64,000 nucleotides of DNA from Eledone cirrhosa. Its lineage: Eukaryota. The notes under the pieces were generated by a model. That model was not told the origin of the DNA and made no database searches. It saw only the letters and a program-made list of their open reading frames with translations. The stretch is taken from positions 34,348,001 to 34,412,000 of the forward strand of contig OZ024759.1 of NCBI GenBank assembly GCA_964016885.1. Direction: 5' to 3'. The position numbers were made by a program, and so were the translations under genes. Below, one piece after another: positions 1 to 14,467 of the stretch (the stretch's first letter is position 1; every line of letters starts with the position of its first letter).

Positions 1-415
1 ATATGTATAAACATTTATATCTATTTATTTGTATATATATATGAGTTATATATATATGTGTATAGAAAGTAGGTGTTTTAAACAACATCATGTCAAAAGT
101 ATTCAAACATTTCTTGGATGAGTTCGGACTACTTCAAAGTAATGATGTAAATTTTATAATTTTATTTACTCTGACAGAAACGTGTCTTGTGTTGAAGTTG
201 AGCTTGGAAGCAGTATATGGGTGCCTAATGTATTCATATAGATATGCATATAGATATAGATATATAAATGTGTGTGTGTGCGCGGGCGCGTGTTTGTGTG
301 TGTGTCTGTGCATAGTTCGTTCGACAACAAATTAGCAAAACATATCCGAATATGTTTTGTTAATTTCTTGTGGAACTATCTCTATACCGAACTCGTACTG
401 AGTGCTCTACTAACT

Positions 416-500
<85 letters not shown>

Positions 501-832
501 GAGACAGAGAGATGTAAGTAAAACAGGGATGAAATATATTATATAAATGACTAACCTTTTGGTTATATAGAAGCTTTATGTGATAATGTTCCAAGTAATT
601 CGATGATTATTTACATATTTTTGTTTATTTTTGCAGGTGTCAGCTTTGTTTAAAACCTTTTCAAAAATATTTTCGTTGCAGTCATTCGAAAAATGGTTTT
701 CGATTATGTTTATCTCACAGAAAACTTCTAAATTACCAAAAGGTCAGTCTTGCATTTTCCAAACTTTATTATCCCGGCAACATGTGATTTGTAAACAAAC
801 CCCTAACGTTTTAATTTTTTTCACAACATATA

Positions 833-871
<39 letters not shown>

Positions 872-960
872 CATGCATACATACATTTATATACATACAT
901 ATATTGATAAAACATTTCTATGCATCTATTATATATATATTATATTATACATGCATACAA

Positions 961-1005
<45 letters not shown>

Positions 1006-3661
1006 CGAGAGACGGGGAGGGGGGTAAAGGCAGGTGGGTCTGATAAACATAAAGCTTATAATATGGAAAGCTTATAACATGTATTAGAACTAACCGGACG
1101 ACATTTTGTAACGCTTTGAGATAACAAATAAATAAGCGCTCTGCTTTTATATGCTATCAAATGTGGCAGTTAAAAAACTGCCATGTGTGTCTATTGGGCC
1201 CTGTGTAAAAATAAAGTGTTATATGGACGTTTAAGTTGACGTGAAAGAAATCGTACAAAGGGTTAGAGTAATTTTTAACATTAAGAGAAGCAAATATTCT
1301 AACCAGTTCACATTTGAAAATGTTTCGTTCCGATAGATTTCTATAAGATTTCTTCTATAAGATTTCTAAAAGAAAAATCGTGATAAATAGGGATATGTGT
1401 CATTGATTTATCAGATAATTCAGACTGAATACTCTGCGCATTCTTAATCTTTGACATTTCAAAGTAAGGACAAAGACGGTGAGTGGGGGTGTGAGGCAAA
1501 GGAAGGAAAAGGAAAGAAAACAAAACAAAATGAAAGAATATCGAAGAATATATTTAAAAAAAAACGCATTAAAATACTGAAGGAAATTAAGAAAGAAAGA
1601 AAGAATGTAGGAAAGAAAAGATCTAAAAATGGGGAAATGTGAGGAATAAAAGAAATGAGAAGAACGATAGAACAATGGCGAGAAAGAAACGACGAAAAAA
1701 TAAAAATAAAAAGGTTAGAATGAAGAAAACTAAATAAATTAAACATGGATAAAAACTAAAAAGTACTGAAGGAGAAACCGAAAGAAAAACAGGCAGACAG
1801 ATAGATAGATATATAGATATGTAGATACATATATACGTACATATTATACATACTTACATATGTACATACATATATACATACACATATACATACGTACATA
1901 CATATATACATACGTACATACATACGTACGTACATACATACATACATACATACATACATACATACATACATACATACATACATACATACATACATACATA
2001 CATACATACATACATACGTAGTTATGTATGTATGTATATAGGTAGATGGAGAGGTACATAGATAAATATGTAGACAGATAGGTAGCTAGATAGATAGACA
2101 TACAAACTGATAGATATACAGACAGGCTGATAGATAGAGAAATATATAACGAAATTGTATGAATACAAAATGTAAAAAAGAAGGAACACCGTCGCCATTT
2201 CTATCAGGAGTTGAGTGGAAATCTTTCTGAAATTTGAACATCAAATGGAAAATTTTTCTAAGGTTTAAAGACTTTCCCCAATATTCTTTCACCATTTTCT
2301 TTTTCTTATTACCATTTCTACGTTACCTTAATCATTATTATTAGTAGTAGTAGTAGGGGTAGTAGTATTAATTCAACCAATACTGCCACCTACTATAACT
2401 TTAGTTTTATATAATGTGCCCGTGAATCTCTCTCTGCGTGTGTGTGTGTGTGTATGTGTGTGTCTGTGTGTGTGTGTGTGTATGTGTGTGTTTGTCTGTG
2501 TCTGTGTGTGGCTCTGTGTGTTTGTGTGTGTGGGGGTTTTGCTGTGTGTGTATGTGTGTGTGTGTTTGTGTGTATGTGTTTTGCTGTGTGTGTGTGTATG
2601 TGTGTGTTTGTGTGTGTCTGTGTGTGGCTCTGTGTGTTTGTGTGTGTATGGGTTTTGCTGTGTGTGTATGTGTGTGTATGTGTGTGGCTGTGTGTGTATA
2701 TCTTTGTACTCTTGGAATTTGTTTTTTTAATGTGAACTAAGAATAATGAAATCGAAGAATTTCCCTTTAAGACAGCTTGCTACGTGACATGGAATTGTAC
2801 ACCGTCCAAAAAAGTAAAGAAACATTGAATAAAAAAAAACGCAAAAAAAAGAAGAAAAAAAATGAATTCGTTTGGGAAATGATTCGGTGTTGGTGATGGT
2901 GGAGGGGGGAGTACATGGCTTAGTAAGCAAACATAAGATTATAATATCAATAGTAGTAGTAGAAGTGGTGGTGGTGGTAGCAGTAGTAGTGGTGGTGGTG
3001 GTAGCAGTAGCAGTAGTAGTAGTAATGGTCGTGTGAGACGCTCTTGTGATTTCAAAGGTAAACACAAGAAACCTCTTTGATACATCAAAGAGGAAATTTC
3101 GAAGACCTAAACTTTTCGGCAATGGTATATAACATTAATGTTATTCTTGTTGATGTTGTTATAACTATTGCTGTTGCTGTTGTTGTTGCTGTTGCTGTTG
3201 GTAATGTTGTTGTTGTTGTTGTTAGTGGTGGTGGTCATACATTGGAACTGTCTTAACATAACCATATTCCATTGATTAACAATAAATAAATAAAATATTT
3301 ATATAACCCCACACATAATATATTTCATAGTTCTATCCATATAATGAAATATGTAAGCCAACATGGACATAAATTCAAACTATGCATTTCGTAAGTTATT
3401 CAAATACGATTATTCCCGTTTGATAACAATCCTCTTGAAGCCGACCTGACTTCTGTGAAGTAAATTTGTTTATTTTAAAGTACTTATACATCTCTATAGA
3501 TTCTACCATCATAATATTATTTAAGAACCTATGTTAGGGTATTGACTCAACGCCAGCGCGATAATGATTTCCGCTGTAGGCACAAGGTCAGACGCTATCG
3601 GAAAAGTCAGCAGCAAATTTCAATTCCTCCAAATTCTTAAGTATTTCCAAAATTGTTTGAA

Positions 3662-4082
3662 ACGTATAGTCAGTGTCTTTCATTAGAAATATAGTAGTGA
3701 AAGGGTTAAAGACATAGGCAGTGACTTTCATTAGAAATATAGTAATGAAAGCGTTAATGACATAGACAGTGTCTTTCATTAGAAATGTGGTAATGAAAGG
3801 GTTAATGACATAGACAGTGTCTTTCATTAGAAATATGGTAATGAAAGGGTTGAAGGCATAGGTAGTGTCTTTCGTTAGAAATATGGTAATGAAAGGGTTA
3901 AAGACATAGACAGTGTCTTTCATTAGAACTATGGTAATGAAAGGGTTAATGACAGAGACAATGTCTTTCATTAGATATATGGTAATGAAAGGGTTAAAGA
4001 CATAAGCAGTGTCTTTCATTAGAAATATAGTAATGAAAGGGTAAAATACATAGGCAGTGTCTTTCATTAGAAATATGGTAAC
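3662..4082. repeat. 48-bp minisatellite, ~9 copies
   Basis: Unit GTCTTTCATTAGAAATATGGTAATGAAAGGGTTAAAGACATAGACAGT. Confidence 0.92.
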
Positions 4083-4677
4083 AGAATTGATTCGTTTAAC
4101 GAAAAACAAGCCAGTAAATTTTCGACTAAGAAACATGTAGTATGTATGGTAAATATGATATTAAAATATATTCATATATTTTCGTTGGGGCTACATGTAT
4201 TTTCATTGAGGCTACATTTTAAAGGAGTATTTACAGTAGCTACTACATGTGTCTCCGTTGAAAGAAACCTCCATATATTCGATGAAAGAATTCAATATAT
4301 TCGAAATCACAATCACTAAATTAATGCTGCAAAGTGTTTCATTCTCAGATTATAGAGTTAGCAAAGATATCGATGTTAAACTTTAATTATATATTTATTT
4401 ACACCAGAATGCAACCAACACTGTCAATATAAATCCATCTTTAAAGATAGATTTATATGAACGACTTTGGTTTCTTTCTCTATTAAATAGTTATGCTCTG
4501 CTTCTTTCACTGTCTTCAACTGTGAGTATCTTCACCTTTCCCAGTACACCATGGATTAGGCATCAATTCCTGCTTACTGTCAACCGTAGGTACATATAGT
4601 GTTACATGCCTTATCAAACATAACAGTCGATTCCTTCACTATAATTACATATATAGGCGTCAGTCTACATGTTGAAA

Positions 4678-4769
4678 ATATATCTAAGGAGCTTCCGCTT
4701 CCAGAGTCAGGTTCGATCATTAATAGATCGTTCCTCGAGCTGATCGACAGTGAAACATATGTAATATGT
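4678..4769 (+). ncRNA. Degenerate family G hammerhead
   Basis: ATATAT CTAAGGA ..TCCAGAGTCAGGTTCGATC..GATCG..CTCGAGCTG.. GAAAC ATAT GTA ATATGT; homologous to 56777-56869, G5A in core. Confidence 0.6.
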
Positions 4770-5020
4770 AATTAAATATGTATATGATACAATACTGATT
4801 CTTTGTTCTCTTATATATTAATACTATATATATGTATATATATGTAGATATATGTATATATATGTATATATATATATATACATATATATACATATATATG
4901 CATGTATATGGCAGTGTGTGTAAGTAAATATATACATATATATATAGAGAGGGTTTATATATATAAATGTCGCTGTGTTTGTGTGTATTCATGTTTATGC
5001 ATACATACATAAATAACACA

Positions 5021-5061
<41 letters not shown>

Positions 5062-5157
5062 GTCATCGATGTTATTGTCAACAGCAGCAGCAACAACAAC
5101 ACCTTAACCTAACCTAAATCGTAATCAACAACATATCAAGTGTAAATAAACAGAGAG

Positions 5158-5234
<77 letters not shown>

Positions 5235-6310
5235 ATACTATTACTACTGCCAGAACTACTACTACTAATACTAATGCTGTTACTACTAATACTAGTACTA
5301 GTACTACAACCAAAAGAACCACCACCATCACCTCTACTAATACCAACATAACCACCATCACCACCACCAACACAACAACCAACACAACCCCCACCATCAT
5401 CTCTACTAATACCAACTAACCACCGCCACCACCACAAACACAACCACCAACACAACCCCCACCATCACCTCTACTAATAGCAACATAACACCGTCACCAC
5501 CACCACTACTATTACCAACACAACCACCACCAACACAACAACCAACACGACCCCCACCATCAAGTCTACAATCAACAAATAACAACAGCGACACAAACAA
5601 ACAAACAAACAAACAAACAAACAAACACACCAACAAACAAATATTTCAAACAAATCCAACACGAATTCTAGCAAACAACACCAGCAGCAACAACAACTAC
5701 CACAACCATAACAACAACAACAACCAACGACAGCAGCAAAAACAACAACAACAACAACAACAATGAGAATAACATCGAAACAGCCTGAACAACAACAACA
5801 ACGAGTGAGATCAATAGAAGAAGTTTCTAGTGAAATCTAGGGGGTGAGGTGAAAAATATTGTAAAGGAGCTCTCGATTATGTTGCATCACTGACGAAGCA
5901 GAAAAAAGTGTGATTTGACTCGACAGTCGGCCATATTTGATATATCAAGCGGAACCTACTAGAAATCCCAAGTAGACAGAAAATAAATAAAACAAATATA
6001 TAGATAAATAATTCATGTGTATATGTATGTATATATGTATGTAGGTAGGTATGTATGTATGTGTATATGTATTTATGTATATATGTATACATACTTGAAT
6101 TTATGTGTGTATGTAATATATACGATGTATATATATATATATATATGTATGTATATATATATATATTTATGTATATATATATATATATATATTTATGTAT
6201 ATATATATATATATATATATTTATGTATATATATATATATATTTATGTATATATATTCATATATATATTTATGTATAAAGATATATGTGTATGGTGTGTG
6301 CATATACATA

Positions 6311-6368
<58 letters not shown>

Positions 6369-7297
6369 ACTAGGTAGGTAGATTGGTTAAATAAAAAATA
6401 TATACATTTTATATCTTTTAATAATTTTTCACGTCTTATTTTTTTTATTTTCCTTGTATCGTCTGCTTATTTACTTCTCACTTCTTTCGTCTCCTATTCA
6501 CTTTGGGAATCCATCACGTCTAACGTTTCTCGTCTCGTCTATAATTCTTACCATTCCATTTATTTCATCATATCTCATTCTGTCTCCTTCTCCATGGAAA
6601 ATCCCTGTTTTACTTTCCGTCTCATCCCATTGGTCCTTTATTTATCTATTCCCTTTTTCTTTCTCTTTTTCTCATCTGAAGATGTTGAATTGATAATGTT
6701 GTTACGGTGCCGGATTAAATGCATCAGTATTTTGTCCGGCTTTCTCTGCACTGAGTTGAAACCCAAATGAGGTCAACTTTGCTTGTTGTATTTTGAGGTC
6801 GATATATAAATTACCATTGAAGTACAGGCTATATAAAATACTACTGAAGTACATGATATAAGAAGTACCAGTCAAGTATCTTGTGTAAGCTCGTAGATTG
6901 TAGGAGTACAACTGGGACAGGGCATCTGTGGCATCTGTGGTTCTCTTGTTTTAATATTATTGTTATTTTTTTTATAACATTATTAAAATTTGTTTACATA
7001 CAAAACTCACTCACGAACACACACACTCACACACATACAGAGACACACACAAACGCAGACATACACACACACTATGTTTTCGTCCTGTACTGTCATGATG
7101 TTTTTTCTTGATGTAAACCCTTTGTGGTTAATAAAGAAACCAGAGCCTCAGACACCATGCTTTGCAACATAGAGTTTACATTCTGAGTTGAAATTCTGCC
7201 GAAGTTAACTTTGCCTTTCATCCTTACGGGGTCGATAAAATAAAGTACCAGTAATGTACTGTGTAATTGCTGGCCTTGTGCCTATATAAGAAACCAG

Positions 7298-7556
7298 TAT
7301 TATTATTATTATTGTTCTTTGAGTCTCAGTCATTGATGTTATTTAACTGGAAAGTTTGTTAAAATGAATATCAAGCCACTACCTGCAGCCTCAGATATTC
7401 AGGACGTATCGGAGGGTTCTTGCTGTTCCCAGCAAGCATGCCTTTTGAAGCGTTCCAAAAAGCGTGGCGGGGCCAATTTTCTTTAACCATCCCTGGAAAC
7501 TTTTTGAGATAGTACCTAATGTGCCTATGACAATCGGGACCACTTTGACTTCATAT
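7298..7556 (-). mobile_element. 3' end of R4/Dong-type (RLE) non-LTR retrotransposon with (TAA)n tail
   Basis: YEVKVVPIVIGTLGTISKSFQGWLKKIG..LQKACLLGTARTLRYVLNI* (stop 7391), characteristic R4-clade C-terminus; ends in AATAATAATAAT. Confidence 0.78.
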
Positions 7557-7745
7557 GGATTGCAGTATCGGTAGAGGGTCGGACGCCATGCTTTGACGCA
7601 TAGAGTTACGGCCCTTGCCATTCTGAGTTCAAATCCCGCCGAGGTTGACTTTGCCTTTCATCCTTGCGGGGTCGATAAAATAAAGTACCAGTAATACACT
7701 GGATATTTGCTGGCCTTGTGCCAAAAGTAGAAACAATTGGTATTA
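7557..7745 (+). mobile_element. tRNA-derived SINE family 1 (Meta-domain-like core GCCTTTCATCCTT.CGGGGTCGATAAAATAAAGTACCAG), (ATT)n tail
   Basis: A-box-like TGGCAGTATCGG (family consensus), B-box GAGTTCAAATCC; neighbouring copies at ~6700-6880, 7140-7300, 8070-8225, 8238-8430. Confidence 0.8.
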
Positions 7746-7779
7746 TTATTATTATTACTATTATTATTACTATTACTGA

Positions 7780-8055
7780 TAATGCGCCTGTAGGTGGGTG
7801 AATTTGAGGAGGAGAGGGGTGCCCTTCCCGGGTGCTCTCGAAGCGTCGGGTGGTTCAGGATTTGTGGGGTACCTGAGTGAACCCTGGGTGGTCATCACCC
7901 CCCGCCCCCTATTGGGGAATTTTCCTTGTATTTTTATTGTTATTTTGTTATTGTTATTTATATTGTTTACACGTTGTATATGTAAACCCCCCACTGTCCC
8001 TGTCTTTTGTATTGTCCCCTGTATGGCGGCCCTTGTGGCCAATAAATGAGAACAT
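7780..8055 (+). mobile_element. Tx1-related 3'UTR fragment flanked by (ATT)n
   Basis: CCTGTAGG..GAGGAGGAGAGG..TTGTCCCC..CCCTTGTGGCCAATAAA, similar to the 62.7-kb element; related ends at ~6890-7140 and ~54730-54840. Confidence 0.6.
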
Positions 8056-8705
8056 TATTATTATTATTACAATGGCGGTGGATTGACAGTATCAGTAGAC
8101 GGTCGGACGCCAAGCTTCGACGCATAGAGTTACGGTCCTTGCCATTCCTTACGGGGTCGACAAAATAAAGTACCAGTAATACACTGGGTAATTGCTGGCC
8201 TTGTGCCAAAAGTAGAAACAATTATTATTACTATTACAAGGGCGGTGGATTGGCAGATTCGGTAGAAAGTCGGACTCCATGCTTTGCAGCATAGAGTTAC
8301 GTCCCTTTACGATCTGCTTTCAAATCCCACCGAGGTTAACTTTGCCTTTCGTCCTTACGAGGTCGATGAAATAAAGTACCAGTAATACACTGGGAAATTG
8401 CTGGCCTTGTGCCAAAAGTAGACACAATTATTATTATTATTAGTATTACCATTACGGTTAGTACTATCGTTAATGTCGATCTAACTACTAATTTGGATAT
8501 TCTGTTATTAACAACAATGTCCTGGCCTCCATATATATATTGTTTTTTTTGTTTTGTTCCTTTTTGTTATTGATTCTACTCTTGTTGTTACTGATATTGT
8601 TGTTGTTGTTGTTGTTCTCGTTAATGGCGGCCAGTGGTAGTGGTGTTGGTGGTGGCGGGCATGGACGATGTTTTTACTTTTACTGCTTGTTTGTTTTCCT
8701 TGCCT

Positions 8706-8774
<69 letters not shown>

Positions 8775-8890
8775 TGTATGTATGTATGTATGTATGTATG
8801 TATATGTGTGTGTGTGCGTGTTTGTGTATGTCTGTCTGTTTGTATGTCTGTGTATGTATATATATATATGTATGTAGATATATTAGATAT

Positions 8891-8930
<40 letters not shown>

Positions 8931-8935
8931 GATAT

Positions 8936-8966
<31 letters not shown>

Positions 8967-9085
8967 ACGTGTGTAGATATATTGTATATATATATATATA
9001 TATATATGTATGTAGATATATTGTATATATATATATGTATGTATGTAGATATATTGAATATATATATATGTATGTATGTAGATAT

Positions 9086-9124
<39 letters not shown>

Positions 9125-9259
9125 ATATATATTGTATATATATATATGTATGTAGATATATTGTATATATATATATATATGTGTGTGTATGTAGATATAT
9201 TGTATATATATGTAGATATATTATAAACATATATATAAGTACCTATATATATATAAGTA

Positions 9260-9339
<80 letters not shown>

Positions 9340-9847
9340 AATATATATATACACAAATATACACATATATATATATGTGTATGTGTGTGTTTTTTGTTAT
9401 GTTCTGGGTCATTTTTTTTATTTCATTTTTATTATTATTTTGTTGTTCATCTTATTCTTTCCTTTCAACTTGAGATCAATAATAGTAAATTTCTTCCTCT
9501 CAGACGGAAACAAGAAATTAAAAAGAAATAATAACAATGGCGGGGCTGTTTATTGAGAATTCTCTTCATCAGTTCCCGCTATGAAACCGGCTTAAACAAT
9601 CCCAGAACAAGACAGAATCTCATAACATGGTTAAATATTCACTTGTGTCTCTTTGCTTCCTATGTTTTGTGTGGTTTGTTTGTTTTATGTGTTTTGTAGA
9701 TGTTTCTTTTGGGTTCCTTTTTTTGTATATTTGTTTGGCTGTTTTTTTTTGTATCTTGTTGTTGATGTTGTTGTTGTTGTTGTTGTTGTTATCCCTACAG
9801 AGAAGACTAAATTTACCATATAATGCAAGTTATACACACACACACAC

Positions 9848-9888
<41 letters not shown>

Positions 9889-9903
9889 AGAAATATATAC
9901 TTA

Positions 9904-9999
<96 letters not shown>

Positions 10000-10313
10000 T
10001 ATATACATATATATACTTGTATGTATTTCTTATCCTCTAACATTTATTAGAGAGAATTAGGAACAGTTATACGCGATTTAACGGTAGTAGTGGATAAAAT
10101 AAAAAATAAAAACATTTCGTTTCAATAAAGATTATGAAGGGAAGTGTATATAAAGTTCAAGGAAACGACGAAACAGAGGTAGAAAATTCTTATTTGTTTC
10201 ACGCTTTATATGGAAAAAGCGAAAGATAGTTCGACGTGTCGGGACTTACTCCTTCATTAGGATAACAAAAATAAAGACAGCATCACAAAGGATATTGTGT
10301 ATATTTATATATT

Positions 10314-10456
<143 letters not shown>

Positions 10457-10469
10457 ATATATTTATATT

Positions 10470-10518
<49 letters not shown>

Positions 10519-10525
10519 ATCAATT

Positions 10526-10574
<49 letters not shown>

Positions 10575-10721
10575 ATTTATATATATATTTATTTATATAT
10601 ATATATATTTATTTATATATATATATATTTATTTATATATATATACATTTATTTATTTATATATATGTATATATATATTTATATGTATATATATATTTAT
10701 ATGTATATATATATTTATATA

Positions 10722-10780
<59 letters not shown>

Positions 10781-10786
<6 letters not shown>

Positions 10787-11020
10787 ATAATAATAAATTT
10801 GAAGACTAAATTCCAAAGTGGGCTCGATAAGGATGAATTTGTATCAAATATATAAGAACCGTAGAGAAAATATTTATTAAAATAACAGATTAAAGTTTAA
10901 GCAAAGAATCGATGCTTTCACCCTTAACGGGATCTTCTGAAACTCCCGATAAGAAGATCCCGTTAAGGGTTAAAGCAGCATTTCTTTGCTTAAACTTTAA
11001 TCTGTTATTTTAATAAATAT
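10781..11020 (-). mobile_element. HHR-bearing element family C with inverted arm, in (TA)n
   Basis: Inverted arms ~10870-10938 / 10952-11020; tail AGTAATAATAATAAATTTGAAGACTAAA recurs at 19370-19510 and 47398-47465; partial copy 14965-15050. Confidence 0.75.
10894..10944 (-). ncRNA. Type I hammerhead-like motif, U4A core variant (family C)
   Basis: Minus strand AGTTT CAGAAGA TCCC-gttaa-GGGT GAAA GCA-tcgattctt-TGC TT AAACT. Confidence 0.65.
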
Positions 11021-11079
11021 ATATATATATAGAGAGAGAGAGAGATTACAATAATCAAAGTTCAGTTTAAGTCATTTAT

Positions 11080-11128
11080 TTGCTTACAATTGTTTCCTCC
11101 AAACCGAGGTTTGGATTCTTCGGAGCAA
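11080..11128 (-). ncRNA. Minimal type I hammerhead, U4C core variant (family F)
   Basis: Minus strand TTGCT CCGAAGA a TCCAAAC-ctcg-GTTTGGA g GAAAC AATT GTA AGCAA then AATAAA; palindromic ACAATTGT stem III. Confidence 0.72.
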
Positions 11129-11411
11129 CTATTTACTGATCTATAGCATACTTGACCTCCTTTTCAACCCAAGAAACACAACTGATGTTATTACATTGAG
11201 CTATTTATCTTACTGGTAATAGGATAGTAATTAATGGCTATCTTTCACTATTTAAGGTTTGTATATATAATATATTACCATTAAAGGTTTTATTACATAC
11301 ATAACCATAAATAGTACCCTTAATACTATATATATATATATATTTTTATATATATATATTTTATATATATATATATATATTTTATATATATATATATTTT
11401 ATATATATATT

Positions 11412-11451
<40 letters not shown>

Positions 11452-11471
11452 TATATATATATGTATATATA

Positions 11472-11512
<41 letters not shown>

Positions 11513-11603
11513 GTAAATATATATATATATATATGTATATATATATTTATATATATATGTATATATATATTTATATATATATATATGTATATATATATTT
11601 ATT

Positions 11604-11636
<33 letters not shown>

Positions 11637-11643
11637 GTATATA

Positions 11644-11720
<77 letters not shown>

Positions 11721-11893
11721 GTATATATATATATATTTATATATGTATATATATATTTATATATGTATATATATATATATTTATATGTATATATATATAT
11801 ATATTTATATGCATATATATATATATATATTTATATGTATATATATATATATATATTTATGTATATATATATTTATATATATATATTTATATG

Positions 11894-11949
<56 letters not shown>

Positions 11950-12351
11950 AATATATATGTATATATATATATTTAAATATATATGTATATATATATATTT
12001 ATATATATATATATGTATATATATATATTTAAATATATATGTATATATATATATTTATATATATATATATATATTTTAATATATATGTATATATATATAT
12101 TTAAATATATATGTATATATATATATTTAAATATATATTTATATATATATAGGAACCTATTACCCACTCTATTACCCTAAGTATTGAGTACTTTGGTGAG
12201 TTATGGTCCACCTGGTTCCTTACCACATTTCCTTCGTTATATATATATATATATATTTATATGTATATATATATATATTTATATGTATATATATATATAT
12301 ATATATTTATATGTATATATATATATATATTTATATGTATATATATATATA

Positions 12352-12391
<40 letters not shown>

Positions 12392-12401
12392 ATGATATTC
12401 T

Positions 12402-12463
<62 letters not shown>

Positions 12464-12477
12464 ATATATATATATAC

Positions 12478-12508
<31 letters not shown>

Positions 12509-12642
12509 ACGAAGGAAATGTGGTAAGGAACCAGGTGGACCATATATATATATATATCAATGATATTCTCACCTTCCAACAGAAATGGTCGCATTTTTTA
12601 AGGGTATGTCAATATTTATTTATAAAACTGCTCTATATTATA

Positions 12643-12703
12643 TTTTATCTGATGAAAGCACACCATAATTTAACTTGGTGTCCTTGAAATATGTATAATG
12701 AAA
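12643..12703 (+). ncRNA. Minimal type I hammerhead ribozyme (family E)
   Basis: TTTTAT CTGATGA AAG-c-ACACCA..TGGTGT-c-CTT GAAA TATGTATA ATGAAA; homologous to the arms at 28.3-28.6 kb. Confidence 0.78.
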
Positions 12704-12807
12704 TAAATATGGTTTTATAAATATAGTTTCCATTTGTTAATATATCGTATATATATATATTTATATATATAAGAATATCATTGATATATATATATATATC
12801 AATGATA

Positions 12808-12878
<71 letters not shown>

Positions 12879-12924
12879 ATGTTAACAATAGTAATAAATG
12901 GAAAATATCACTATATCATCATAT

Positions 12925-12985
12925 TTATTTTATTATATATATCTGAAGGATACTAAATTATAGTATGCTTTCATCAGATAAAATA
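12925..12985 (-). ncRNA. Degenerate family E hammerhead
   Basis: Minus strand TTTTAT CTGATGA AAGCATACT..AGTATCCTT followed by CAGAT instead of GAAAT. Confidence 0.5.
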
Positions 12986-13163
12986 CAATGTTTGATGTAT
13001 AAGATAGTGACATACACAAAATATACATATATATAAATATATATATTTATATATATATATATGGGGTGCGTATGTATGTAAAAGGTAAATCGAAATAAGA
13101 AAACAAACGAAACCGTACATGGAAGAAATATATTAGTTTGACGGTTGAAATAACAGGAAAAGA

Positions 13164-13202
13164 ATGTTAACGTTTCGGATATTTGTCCTTCATCAGAAGA
13201 TA
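13164..13202 (-). ncRNA. Minimal Penelope-type hammerhead (family H)
   Basis: Minus strand TCTT CTGATGA AGGA-caaata-TCC GAAAC GTT AACAT; palindromic ACGT stem III; more decayed relative at 10228-10263 (-). Confidence 0.68.
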
Positions 13203-13924
13203 TAGTTCGAAAAAATAAAGATAAAATAGAAATATAAAAAGTGATAATATGAGGGAACGGGGAAGAAAATGAGACTAAATTAGGAAAGAAAAATACGTAT
13301 TCAGTCAGCCATTTTGGAGATATTCATATACATATGCCTCAGTGCGTGTTAGATCGTTTGTAAAGCAATTTAACTAAGGAAAACAACAACTAAATAACGA
13401 AAAGAAATCGTCGATTAGATGCTGGTCATAAAACACTCCTCGATATTCAATATATAATATATAATATATAAATGATTGAACAGTTTTCATCCTAGCGAAG
13501 AGACAAAAAATGTCAAAACAAAAATAAAATAAATATGTCGGACACAAAAAAAAAATACAACCAAATAATATCTTCTCAACAGACTTCATATTTCTAAGAC
13601 AAATATGTCTGATTTTATCCTACATTATTTTATCTTATTTTATTTTATTTTAATTGTGATCAAATGGATGTAATTAGACATTTAGTTATTTTACATCCTC
13701 TCCAGAAAGCTACACGTGTTAGTGGGATGTTTGTAACACCTGATTGAAGATTTTAATTAGGAGGATTGATAGATTTAATATCGCTGTCGAGTATTTATCA
13801 CTAACAAACCAATAATTCACTAGATTATTGCCTTGTCTTCCTTGTTTAAGAGATTGTCATGCACAAATACACACACACACATACACACACACACATACAC
13901 ATACACACATACACACACTCACAT

Positions 13925-13965
<41 letters not shown>

Positions 13966-13970
13966 GAGAG

Positions 13971-14029
<59 letters not shown>

Positions 14030-14072
14030 TGGATATATATATATATCGAGAGAAAGAGAGAGAGATGGATGG

Positions 14073-14116
<44 letters not shown>

Positions 14117-14197
14117 TGAGATGGATAGATATATATATAGATAGAGAGAGATATAGATATATAAAAGAATATATATATATATATCCATATATATATA

Positions 14198-14330
14198 TAA
14201 TTGTTTCTACTTTAGGCACAAGGCCAGCAATTACCCAGTGCATTATTGGTACTTTATTTTATCGACTCCGTAAGGATGAAAGGCAAAGTCAACCTCGGCG
14301 GGATTTGAACTCAGATCGTAAAGGGACGAT
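14198..14330 (-). mobile_element. SINE family 1, 5'-truncated
   Basis: Reverse complement of the family consensus. Confidence 0.8.
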
Positions 14331-14413
14331 ATTATATATATATAAATATATATATATATACACGCTACATATTTATGTATAGAAATATATACGCTAAATA
14401 TTTATGTGTATAT

Positions 14414-14463
14414 ATTAGTGTGGTATAGACAAGTACATATGTACTTGTCTATACCACACTAAT
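14414..14463. repeat. Perfect 50-bp palindrome immediately upstream of the family D HHR
   Basis: ATTAGTGTGGTATAGACAAGTACAT|ATGTACTTGTCTATACCACACTAAT. Confidence 0.9.
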
Positions 14464-14467
14464 TCAA

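Noticed and set aside
3588-4136. 182-aa ORF with 16-aa repeats
   Set aside because: Arises from a 48-bp minisatellite (multiple of 3); no recognisable domain or splice context
9538-9582. Minus-strand CTGATGA + GAGAATTCTC hairpin with GCGGG/CCCGC flanks
   Set aside because: No GAAA core or valid stem III/NUH; at best a remnant
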